DNA of 41,847 bases. Origin: a virus. Lineage: Duplodnaviria; Caudoviricetes. The translations under genes were made by a program, and so were the position numbers. Location of the stretch: positions 1-41,847 of the IMG/VR virus record IMGVR_UViG_3300025723_000076; one strand, 5' to 3'. Below the pieces are notes generated by a model. It searched no databases, was not told where the DNA came from, and worked only from the letters and a program-made list of their open reading frames with translations. Of the stretch, positions 1-7,959 are shown in pieces. The number at the start of each line of letters is the position of its first letter. The first letter of the stretch is position 1.

Positions 1-103
1 GTAATTTATGGTGGGTATTTTATCAACGTAATCCTAATACGTTAACTGCCCCACCATTGGATTTTAAATCGGGAACACAAATTTATTTGCCAAAAATCAG
101 CAC
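1..103. repeat. Exact inverted copy of 299-401 at the window start (probable fold-back chimera)
   Basis: 1-103 (gtaatttatggtggg...caaaaatcagcac) is the reverse complement of 299-401 (gtgctgatttttgg...ccataaattac). Identity ends abruptly at 104/298. Confidence 0.95.
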
Positions 104-272
104 CCTTAGCATCTGTACCGATGGTTCTAAAATCATATGTAGTAGTAGTTACACCGTTTACTGTTTTAACCGAAGTGGGAGCAATATAAGGCATTGCCCC
201 AGTTGATGGCCCAGATGTAGTACTTTGACTTTGTGCTAAGGTAACTGTGGTATTATTGTTAGTCGTTGACAC
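42..272 (-). CDS. N-terminal fragment of a probable baseplate/structural gene, truncated by the inversion at 103/104
   Basis: GTG start just after the gp53-like stop (274-276), T/S-rich N-terminus. The C-terminal ~20 aa (ADFWQINLCSRFKIQWWGS) come from the inverted copy and are probably not genuine. Confidence 0.5.
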   Translation of the reverse strand: MSTTNNNTTVTLAQSQSTTSGPSTGAMPYIAPTSVKTVNGVTTTTYDFRTIGTDAKGADFWQINLCSRFKIQWWGS

Positions 273-273
273 G

Positions 274-576
274 TTAGATTCCCAATGCAGATTTTAATGT
301 GCTGATTTTTGGCAAATAAATTTGTGTTCCCGATTTAAAATCCAATGGTGGGGCAGTTAACGTATTAGGATTACGTTGATAAAATACCCACCATAAATTA
401 CTGTTATCGTATAAATCGTAGGCTAGTAAATCTGGTCTATATTGATATGTCGAATTTATTGTGAAATATTGATCGTCCGTTAATTTTGGGATAGGACGAT
501 TAACCATTACATCTAGAAAATATTGACTATATTTGGTTGAAAAATATGGACTAGTCTGATTGTATGTAGCAGCCAT
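274..576 (-). CDS. gp53: Baseplate wedge protein, T4 gp53-like (LysM-type)
   Basis: Motif YRPDLLAYDLY...LWWVF...N...G.QIYLP. Likely start is the ATG at 576, overlapping the upstream TAA (TAATG coupling). Confidence 0.75.
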   Translation of the reverse strand: MAATYNQTSPYFSTKYSQYFLDVMVNRPIPKLTDDQYFTINSTYQYRPDLLAYDLYDNSNLWWVFYQRNPNTLTAPPLDFKSGTQIYLPKISTLKSALGI

Positions 577-1988
577 TACCAAAATCCTCCTTTGAGACCA
601 TTACCATTGGCATAATTTTGTAAACTAAATTGCGTGCTCACTTGCTGACGTGTATTGATTGGGTGCAATCTAATATTAATATCCATTTTAGTTGGCACGT
701 ATGTAACAGACCCAGATGCTAAATTTGGCACATTAGGTGAACCAAACGGAGTATTTGGCAACGCCCCTTTGGTAGTAAATGCATTAGTTAACCGTTGTAT
801 CGACGCAAATACGTTATTAGTAGGTACCGATTGTTTAACAGAGTTTTGATTTATCAAATTAAGGTTAGACTGATTAGCAACGCCTGCACGTAGATAATCT
901 ACTTCATCTGGTAAATTGTATGTAAATTCAGATAATAAACAGGGATGATTATTAAATTGATATTGCCCTAGACCTGACAAAAATAATAATGGAGGCGGGG
1001 TGCCTCGTTGTGCATCTTTACCATAAAACATCTTTGAAACTGAACGGAAAAAATGTATTACTGCCAGTAAATAATTTGCTTCAAAGGTATTTTGTGCAGT
1101 AAAATGTGCAGAGATATTAATATCACTTACTTGACTATTTTGGTAAAAATAACCTCGAAAGTTAGAGTGCGTTAAATCATAATTTTGATAATTAGACTTA
1201 TAACTCATATCTATTTTCGGAGTATACGGAAATACAACTCCGTTGGTTGCTATTAAAGGTTGTAATATACCTACTGTATCACTAGGTGCTTTATACAAAT
1301 AATCAGCACCTTGAGCTAAACTCAATCTAACACGCCAGTCCCCATTACTAGCAGCTGATCCTAGGTTGGTTGCTACTGGTACTTGTGATTGTGCATTTCT
1401 AGTTTGTGCTGCAACACTAGACGCAAGTGGGCTACTGTCATTATTTAAAGCAAGTTGATTGGCCGAAACTGTACTAGCCGATGAAGCAAGTAATCGAGCC
1501 GCTTCAGGATCATCTAAAGTAACATCTCTATTGGTATTAATTTGATTTGCGGCAACTGTACTGGCTTGTGATGCAAGCAACCGCGCATCAGTTGCAGCTG
1601 GATCAGCTGAAGTGTCAACCGGAGCTGGGTATCGAGCTAGCAAACGAGCATTTTCAGTATCAGGTGGCGGTGCTATATATACTGGATCTAATCCTGCTAT
1701 TTGAGCATTGACAGATTTAGGACTTCTATATGCAATGTAAGCCCCGCCACTAGTTGAGTTTTCTGCCGGCATTGCAGCAGGATCTGTCGTTGGATTAACT
1801 GTTGTCGGAGAACTATCTATTGTTAGATGTTGTCCACCTTGATCAAAAAATTGTTGTAATACAACAGATGGATAATTTTGTAATTCATTTGCTGATGCCG
1901 ACGCCAAGATGGCCATTTGAGCAGGAGTCAGCTGTTCACCCGGAACATACGTTAAATTTCCTATCCAAATATATTTTGTTGTTGGCAT
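576..1988 (-). CDS. Baseplate/tail-tube initiator-like protein (gp48-like / contractile-tail tube fold) with low-complexity N-terminal half
   Basis: C-terminal domain VFPYTP...THSN...ISAHFTAQN...FFRSVSKMFYG...PPPLLFLSGLG...PCLLSEFTYNLP. Adjacent to the gp53-like gene. N-terminal half has three ARLLA repeats. Confidence 0.6.
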   Translation of the reverse strand: MPTTKYIWIGNLTYVPGEQLTPAQMAILASASANELQNYPSVVLQQFFDQGGQHLTIDSSPTTVNPTTDPAAMPAENSTSGGAYIAYRSPKSVNAQIAGLDPVYIAPPPDTENARLLARYPAPVDTSADPAATDARLLASQASTVAANQINTNRDVTLDDPEAARLLASSASTVSANQLALNNDSSPLASSVAAQTRNAQSQVPVATNLGSAASNGDWRVRLSLAQGADYLYKAPSDTVGILQPLIATNGVVFPYTPKIDMSYKSNYQNYDLTHSNFRGYFYQNSQVSDINISAHFTAQNTFEANYLLAVIHFFRSVSKMFYGKDAQRGTPPPLLFLSGLGQYQFNNHPCLLSEFTYNLPDEVDYLRAGVANQSNLNLINQNSVKQSVPTNNVFASIQRLTNAFTTKGALPNTPFGSPNVPNLASGSVTYVPTKMDINIRLHPINTRQQVSTQFSLQNYANGNGLKGGFW

Positions 1989-2009
1989 TAATATTTTTTC
2001 CTATATTAT

Positions 2010-2017
2010 TATTTATA
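2010..2017 (-). promoter_or_regulatory. T4-type late promoter TATAAATA for the leftward baseplate genes
   Basis: tatttata on + strand is TATAAATA on -, 21 nt upstream of the ATG at 1988. Confidence 0.7.
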
Positions 2018-2050
2018 TACATAATAATATGGATATATTATATAAATAGG

Positions 2051-2078
2051 TTGACAAATGTTGTTTTTATGCTACAAT
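2051..2078 (+). promoter_or_regulatory. Sigma70-like promoter for the gp55-gp47-gp46 unit
   Basis: TTGACA (2051-2056), 16-nt spacer, extended TGn plus TACAAT (2073-2078). AGGAGA Shine-Dalgarno precedes the GTG at 2104. A TATAAATA also lies at 2041-2048. Confidence 0.65.
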
Positions 2079-2103
2079 AAATAATCGTCCAGGAGACATT
2101 TTA

Positions 2104-3024
2104 GTGAGCACATCACCCACACAAATACCACAAAAAAAAGTCATTTATCTCAATAACCGAGATCTGTTAAAGCAAATTCACCTAAGTAAAAATACATATT
2201 GTTCATTTATCGATCCTAAAAACGATCATCAATATGATATTATTTTACCCAGTTTAGCCAAAATCAATCAACGCACAGTCGTAGAAGCTCGACGCAATCG
2301 TGCAGATCGTATTAAAAAAGAAACCGGGGTGATAATTGATCAGAAGAAGATACCCAATACTGATTTAGTATTTAGAGTAACTTCATGGGAACATATACCT
2401 CCAGCACCTAAAAAAATACCAAAAAGTGCAACAAAAAAGAAAAAGATTGAAGATATATTTGATTTTGATCTAACAGATGATTCTATTTTAGATTTGATAG
2501 TTCCTGAACCAATTGATCCAGGTGAAACAAAATATATTAGATTACCGTTTCCCCCATTTTATCATTATCGCTTAGATGAAAATAAACAACCTTATCTTGT
2601 AGGTAAAAGTCATTGGAAAGGCGACTTGGAAACAGGAGAATTTTGTAAAGACCATGGCACAGTAACTCGTACTTTAGCCACTATGTATATCAAACTATGT
2701 GAAAGGTATGCAACTCGATCAAATTGGCGTGGCTATACATATAATGAAGAAATGCGCGGGTCGGCATTGGTTCAATTAACTCAAATTGGACTAAGATTTG
2801 ATGAATCAAAATCGCAAAATCCATTTGCTTATTATACTGCTGCAATTACTAATTCATTTACACATGTACTAAATGCTGAAAAGAAAAATCAAAATATACG
2901 TGATGATTTACTTGAGCAGCATGGATTAACTCCTAGTTGGACTAGACAAAATTCTGGTAAAAAAGAAGCACATGCACACGGCCCAGTTATTAATATTCCG
3001 GTAGAAGAATATAATAAAGAATAG
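2104..3024 (+). CDS. gp55: Late-transcription sigma factor, T4 gp55-like (long form)
   Basis: YLNNRDLL N-terminal motif and NWRGYTYNEEM...FDESKSQNPFAYYT...EKKNQ core. Lies upstream of gp47/gp46 as in T4-like phages. Confidence 0.85.
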   Translation: MSTSPTQIPQKKVIYLNNRDLLKQIHLSKNTYCSFIDPKNDHQYDIILPSLAKINQRTVVEARRNRADRIKKETGVIIDQKKIPNTDLVFRVTSWEHIPPAPKKIPKSATKKKKIEDIFDFDLTDDSILDLIVPEPIDPGETKYIRLPFPPFYHYRLDENKQPYLVGKSHWKGDLETGEFCKDHGTVTRTLATMYIKLCERYATRSNWRGYTYNEEMRGSALVQLTQIGLRFDESKSQNPFAYYTAAITNSFTHVLNAEKKNQNIRDDLLEQHGLTPSWTRQNSGKKEAHAHGPVINIPVEEYNKE

Positions 3025-3069
3025 CCGTTTTAGTTGTTTTACTACAACTAAAAGTTTATACTTGGATAT

Positions 3070-4086
3070 ATGACAAATCTATTTAAGAAAGCGGCAGTAT
3101 GCACGGATATACATTGGGGATTAAAATCCAATAGTATTGTACATAATCGAGATTGTGAAGCATTTATTGATTGGTTTATTAGCAAAGCAAAAGAAGAAGA
3201 TTGCGAAACAGGCTTCTTCTTAGGTGATTGGCATAATCATCGTGCATCGATCAATTTGCAAACGTTACAATTTAGTGTTAATGCATTGGAAAAATTATCC
3301 AATGCATTTGAACAAGTTTATTTTATTCCAGGAAATCACGATTTATACTACAGAGATAAACGTGATATTCACGGTGTCGAATGGGCAAAACACATTCCTA
3401 ATATAGTTATAGTCAATGATTGGTTTCATGAAGGTAATGTTACAATTGCACCTTGGTTAGTTGGCGAAGATCATAAAAAAATTCAAAAATTGTCAGGGCA
3501 ATATATGTTTGGGCATTTTGAATTACCACATTTTAAAATGAATGCTATGGTAGAAATGCCTGATCATGGCGAAATCAATGTTAACCACTTTGATGGATTC
3601 GAAAGCGTTTACAGTGGGCATTTTCATATGAGACAGAAAAAAGAAAATGTCACATATATTGGAAATTGTTTCCCACATAATTTCGCCGATGCAGGTGATA
3701 GTGCTCGTGGTATGATGGTTAAAGAATGGGGTAAAGAAGATCAATACTTTTCTTGGCCCAAACAGCCTTTGTATCGTGTACTTAAACTCAGCGAGGTCAT
3801 AGACAACGGAGACAAAATTTTACTACCTAATATGTATGTTCGTGTAGAACTAGATATAGAAATCAGCTACGAAGAAGCAAATTATATCAAAGAAACATTT
3901 ATTAATAGTCATAAATTAAGAGAAATGGCATTGATACCTGTTAAACATAACTCAGTTGAAACTGATCTAGCCCCTGGCGAAATAAAGTTTGAGTCAGTGG
4001 ATCAAATTGTTACCGATCAAATTACTAACATCGAATCACAATTTTATGATCCAAAATTATTATTAAAGATTTATCAAAATTTATGA
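3070..4086 (+). CDS. gp47: Recombination endonuclease subunit (Mre11/SbcD-like metallophosphoesterase)
   Basis: DIH, GDWH, GNHD, GHFE and GHFH phosphoesterase motifs. Confidence 0.92.
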   Translation: MTNLFKKAAVCTDIHWGLKSNSIVHNRDCEAFIDWFISKAKEEDCETGFFLGDWHNHRASINLQTLQFSVNALEKLSNAFEQVYFIPGNHDLYYRDKRDIHGVEWAKHIPNIVIVNDWFHEGNVTIAPWLVGEDHKKIQKLSGQYMFGHFELPHFKMNAMVEMPDHGEINVNHFDGFESVYSGHFHMRQKKENVTYIGNCFPHNFADAGDSARGMMVKEWGKEDQYFSWPKQPLYRVLKLSEVIDNGDKILLPNMYVRVELDIEISYEEANYIKETFINSHKLREMALIPVKHNSVETDLAPGEIKFESVDQIVTDQITNIESQFYDPKLLLKIYQNL

Positions 4087-5846
4087 TTCAAATAAAAAAT
4101 TTAACCGTTAAAAATTTCATGAGTATAGGCAATGCCACTCAAGCTATTAATTTTGACCGTAACGATTTAACTTTAGTATTAGGTGAAAATTTAGATTTAG
4201 GTGGCAATGGATCACGTAATGGCACCGGCAAAACAACTATTATTAACGCATTATCTTATTCATTATATGGGGTTGCACTTAGTAACATTCGCCGAGATAA
4301 TCTTGTAAACAAAACGAATGGCAAAAATATGCTAGTATCTCTAGATTTTGTTATCGGTGATCAAGAATATCGAATAGAACGTGGTAGAAAACCTAATATA
4401 TTAAAGTTTTATGTTAATAATAAAGAAACAGAATCGCATGATAATGCTCAAGGTGACAGCAGAGAAACGCAAGAAGCCATTGAAAACTTATTAGGTATGA
4501 GTCACGATATGTTTAAACATATTATGGCTCTTAACACTTATACTGAACCGTTTTTATCATTAAAGTCTAATGAACAGCGTACAATTATCGAGCAATTGTT
4601 GGGTATTACTTTATTAAGTGAACGTGCTGAACGCATTAAAGAATTAAATCGTTCTACTAAAGATGCCATACAAAAAGAAGAATTTAGAATTCGCGCTGTA
4701 CAGGATGCTAACAAACGTATCGAAGAACAAATTGAAAGTTTACGCAGGCGACAGAAGATATGGCTTAATAAGCAATCAGAAGATATTGTTAAATTTGAAA
4801 CTGGATTAAAGTCTTTGCAGGAAATTGATATTGATAAAGAAATACAGGCGCATAAAGATCATACTTCTTGGGATCAAAAACGTAAAGATATTAATGAGCT
4901 GACTACACAAATTAGTAGGATTAAGCTAGACATAGGACGAGAAGAAAAATTAATTAATAAACTTCTAAAAGAAATCGGAACACTTGGTAATCACGAATGT
5001 CATACCTGTGGTCAACCTTTTCATGATGAAAAACATACAGAAGTTGTTTTAGCAAAACAAAAAGAATTATCTACAGCAGAATTTTCTTATGCTGAATATA
5101 TTAAATTACTAGAAGAACTAACTGATACACAAACATCATTGGGAATACTAGGTAAACCACCTGTTGTTTTTTATGATAAGGAAGAAGATGCTATTCAACA
5201 TCGTGCTACTATTGCTGGATTAACAAACCAATTAGAAAACAAACGTAATGAGGTTGATCCTTATCGTGAGCAAATAGAAGACATGACTAATCAAGCATTA
5301 CAGGAAGTTACATATGATACGTTAAATGAACTATCAAGATTACAAGATCATCAAGAATTTTTGTTAAAACTTCTTACCAGTAAAGATAGTTTTATACGTA
5401 AGAAAATTATTGATCAAAACTTATCCTATCTTAATAATCGCTTAACACATTATTTAGATCGTATTGGATTACCACATACTGTAGTGTTTCAAAATGATCT
5501 ATCAGTTAGTATTGAAGAATTAGGCCGCGACTTAGATTTTGACAATTTATCTAGAGGAGAACGCAATCGACTTATATTAAGTATGAGTTGGGCATTCAGA
5601 GATGTTTTTGAATCTTTATACAAACCCATTAATGTATTGTTCATCGATGAAATGATTGACAATGGGTTAGATACTCAAGGAGTTGAAGCGGCGTTGGGAT
5701 TACTCAAACAAATGTCACGAGAACGACATAAATCAATTTGGTTAGTAAGCCACAGAGACGAGTTAGCTGGTAGAGTAGAGAATATACTCAAAGTAATTAA
5801 AGATAGTGGATTTACCAGCTATAATACAGACATAGAAATATCTTGA
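4083..5846 (+). CDS. gp46: Recombination ATPase subunit (Rad50/SbcC-like)
   Basis: KNFMSIG, Walker A NGTGKTT, zinc hook CHTC in the coiled coil, signature LSRGE, Walker B FIDE, H-loop VSH. ATGA overlap with gp47. Confidence 0.93.
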   Translation: MIQIKNLTVKNFMSIGNATQAINFDRNDLTLVLGENLDLGGNGSRNGTGKTTIINALSYSLYGVALSNIRRDNLVNKTNGKNMLVSLDFVIGDQEYRIERGRKPNILKFYVNNKETESHDNAQGDSRETQEAIENLLGMSHDMFKHIMALNTYTEPFLSLKSNEQRTIIEQLLGITLLSERAERIKELNRSTKDAIQKEEFRIRAVQDANKRIEEQIESLRRRQKIWLNKQSEDIVKFETGLKSLQEIDIDKEIQAHKDHTSWDQKRKDINELTTQISRIKLDIGREEKLINKLLKEIGTLGNHECHTCGQPFHDEKHTEVVLAKQKELSTAEFSYAEYIKLLEELTDTQTSLGILGKPPVVFYDKEEDAIQHRATIAGLTNQLENKRNEVDPYREQIEDMTNQALQEVTYDTLNELSRLQDHQEFLLKLLTSKDSFIRKKIIDQNLSYLNNRLTHYLDRIGLPHTVVFQNDLSVSIEELGRDLDFDNLSRGERNRLILSMSWAFRDVFESLYKPINVLFIDEMIDNGLDTQGVEAALGLLKQMSRERHKSIWLVSHRDELAGRVENILKVIKDSGFTSYNTDIEIS

Positions 5847-5889
5847 TGAAAATTTTATCAGCCATGAATATGACACTAATTACTAGTCC

Positions 5890-6318
5890 ATGTCATGGCT
5901 TTTTGAAAACACTCAAGTTGAAATACTACCAGAAGATTGTGTCGGCTTCGTTTATTGTATCACCAATAACGTATCTGGCAGAAAATATATTGGAAAAAAA
6001 TTATCAAAATTCAGTAAAACAACATATAAAACAGTGAAACTTAAGAACGGCACCAAAAAACGTAAAAAGATTAAAAGCAAAATAGACTCAGACTGGCAAC
6101 AATACACAGGCAGCAGCATTGAATTAAACAAAGACATCGAACAGTTAGGCATCGAAAATTTTACGAGAGAAATATTATACTATTGTAGGTCCAAGGCTGA
6201 ATGTAGTTATGTAGAAGCTCGTGAACAATTTAAACATCGTGTATTAGAAAGTGACGATTATTATAACGGGCAAATAGTATGCCGTATACATGGTAGTCAC
6301 ATAAAAAACAAATTTTAA
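5890..6318 (+). CDS. Small single-domain GIY-YIG endonuclease (Seg / endonuclease II-like)
   Basis: GFVYCITN...KYIGKK, YTGSS, conserved E (YVEARE) and YYN. Basic insert KLKNGTKKRKKIK. No C-terminal DNA-binding repeats. Confidence 0.8.
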   Translation: MSWLFENTQVEILPEDCVGFVYCITNNVSGRKYIGKKLSKFSKTTYKTVKLKNGTKKRKKIKSKIDSDWQQYTGSSIELNKDIEQLGIENFTREILYYCRSKAECSYVEAREQFKHRVLESDDYYNGQIVCRIHGSHIKNKF

Positions 6319-6330
6319 TAAACAATTAGT

Positions 6331-6760
6331 AAGGCATCAAACAGACAAAGCTAGGGGAAGCCCGAATCTATTGTCAGAACTCAGTGAAAGTCTGAAGGCG
6401 CATCTATACTGACAGTGTTTGATCGAGGCAGCTCGATCCCCGTTGAGGATTGGTGAAAAACCCAATTCGGATAGAAGAGGCGCAAGCCTACTCGGGTGTC
6501 AAAGGCAAAAGCCAACTTAAGGCAACAAATGGTTTGGGCAACGTGAAAAAGATACGACCCATGCTTATAGGACTTGGATTTATTATCGGGTTACTAGGGT
6601 TCCGTTGATATGTGAAGCTAGAGTAGGGGGTACAGGTCAACCGCCTCCGTGTGTGCAAACACAATCTCTTTATAATAAATGACTGCGGACTCAGATGAAG
6701 AGGTCATTTTTTTCACCGTGCTTACGGTGAATTATGACATTAGTTCTAGATGAATAGTAT
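6331..6760 (+). ncRNA. Candidate large structured non-coding RNA (family not recognised)
   Basis: No long ORF, visibly more G+C-rich than other intergenic DNA here. Many helices: 6372-77/6409-14, 6421-27/6432-38, AGGC-GCAA-GCCT 6478-89, 6578-86/6672-80, GTGT-GCAA-ACAC 6651-62, 6712-19/6724-31. GNRA loops read on the + strand. Confidence 0.65.
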
Positions 6761-6790
6761 CTAAAAGCAACTACTTCAAAATAAAAAAAT

Positions 6791-6832
6791 AAGACGAGCA
6801 GTATGCGAGTCTTGGATTAGCGTAGCTAATCT
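6791..6832 (+). other. Two tandem hairpins with GTA triloops
   Basis: AAGAC-GA-GCA-GTA-TGC-GA-GTCTT (6791-6813) and GATTAGC-GTA-GCTAATC (6815-6831). Confidence 0.6.
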
Positions 6833-6878
6833 GTTAAATCAAAAAGAAATATAAACTATTCTTTGAATGATCTCTTCT

Positions 6879-7055
6879 TTAGAAAAAATTCAATCCTGTT
6901 TTCTTAGTCGTTTCCATATTGTCATTAACAATATCACTAATTAGCTTTCTTTCAGAAACACTGAGCTGTAAAACTTGATCGTAAGGAATACCACCACGCA
7001 TATACCAAGCCATCCTTAATGCCTCCTTCCTAATATCGTTTATCTCTTTATCCAT
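6879..7055 (-). CDS. Small gp51-like baseplate hub/tail assembly protein (58 aa, absent from the ORF track)
   Basis: Translated by hand: MDKEINDIRKEALRMAWYMRGGIPYDQVLQLSVSERKLISDIVNDNMETTKKTGLNFF*. Directly downstream of the gp26-like gene. Its frame is open upstream to the slippery site. Confidence 0.7.
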   Translation of the reverse strand: MDKEINDIRKEALRMAWYMRGGIPYDQVLQLSVSERKLISDIVNDNMETTKKTGLNFF

Positions 7056-7093
7056 GTTGTCAATATATTTGGCAACACCTTCAGAGTCTAAGG

Positions 7094-7933
7094 TTAGGAG
7101 GCGCGCTCGAAAAAACTTGTCATATCCAGAGTAATTTTTTGTTCATATTCGTTAGAACAACCTGCACATTTGATTTTAACAGGTTTCATTTCTGCTTGTG
7201 ATTTATGTTCAACTACATAATTTTGAATACGATTAAACAGTGTACCATCACAGTTTTCCATAAATTCTGAAATATATTCTGGCTCTGTTACAATTGCAGT
7301 AGGGGTCTTGATAGTTAAAATACTTTGACTTAATGCAGTAACAGTTATCTTAGTCATTTTTTTAAGTGCTTCTGACATAGCACTAAGATGCGTGGCATCA
7401 GCAGTACCATCAGTAGGAATTGATTGAAATAGTCTTTGTTCATCGAATTGAATTTTATTATTATCTGATAGATTTTTGTAAGTCATAGGTTTAAAATAAA
7501 TTTCAATATCGCCTTGTTTGATTGGATGTGAATAATCAGGCGCTTTGATTTGTCCCAATACTGTACGTAAATCAATCCCATATTCATCGGAATTAGCACA
7601 AGCTGGACAAGTAGTATTAAAATTCATTTCATGTCCATAACTAGCAATACGTATTGCTACTAAAATAGTATCAATATCAATAGATGGTATGTCCCAAGCA
7701 TTTTTAATAGCAGGAATGCAACTTTGAATCACATCGATAACTGCTTGTCCGCTAAACAATGCATCAGGAGTACGATATGTAATTTCATCAATAGCAGTCA
7801 TGGGCAAGACAGCCGCCTCGCCGTTTTCAGGTAACTCCAGTGCCCCTGGCGGATAATATTTTCCTTGACTTGGTAATTTAATATAAATTGAAGGCTGTCT
7901 AAAATATTGACTAAGCGGATTCAGTGGATTCAT
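7094..7933 (-). CDS. gp26: Baseplate hub assembly protein, T4 gp26-like
   Basis: IKLPSQG, PMTAIDE, DIDTILVAIRIASYG, two CxxC motifs (CPAC, CAGC), C-terminal SFF. AAGGA SD upstream. Confidence 0.75.
   Translation of the reverse strand: MNPLNPLSQYFRQPSIYIKLPSQGKYYPPGALELPENGEAAVLPMTAIDEITYRTPDALFSGQAVIDVIQSCIPAIKNAWDIPSIDIDTILVAIRIASYGHEMNFNTTCPACANSDEYGIDLRTVLGQIKAPDYSHPIKQGDIEIYFKPMTYKNLSDNNKIQFDEQRLFQSIPTDGTADATHLSAMSEALKKMTKITVTALSQSILTIKTPTAIVTEPEYISEFMENCDGTLFNRIQNYVVEHKSQAEMKPVKIKCAGCSNEYEQKITLDMTSFFERAS
7109..7115 (-). promoter_or_regulatory. Putative -1 ribosomal frameshift heptamer T TTT TTC
   Basis: X XXY YYZ pattern in correct phase (AGT TTT TTC), four sense codons before the stop. 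The -1 frame is open into 6879-7055. Confidence 0.65.
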
Positions 7934-7945
7934 GATTTTTCCTTG

Positions 7946-7953
7946 TATAAATA
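7946..7953 (+). promoter_or_regulatory. Late promoter TATAAATA, 6 nt before the ATG at 7960
   Basis: Exact T4 late consensus, with no SD between box and ATG. Confidence 0.75.
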
Positions 7954-7959
7954 CTAATT

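Noticed and set aside
655-6152. Short overlapping ORFs 655-849, 1802-2080, 3224-3406, 3523-3744, 5843-6037 and 5952-6152
   Set aside because: They overlap well-supported genes and show no motifs or translation signals.
6331-6760. Group I/II intron, tmRNA, tRNA cluster or hammerhead ribozyme
   Set aside because: No interrupted gene and no recognisable P7 or domain V, T-loop/CCA or exact CUGAUGA...GAAA core by eye. Kept only as an unassigned ncRNA candidate pending a covariance-model search.
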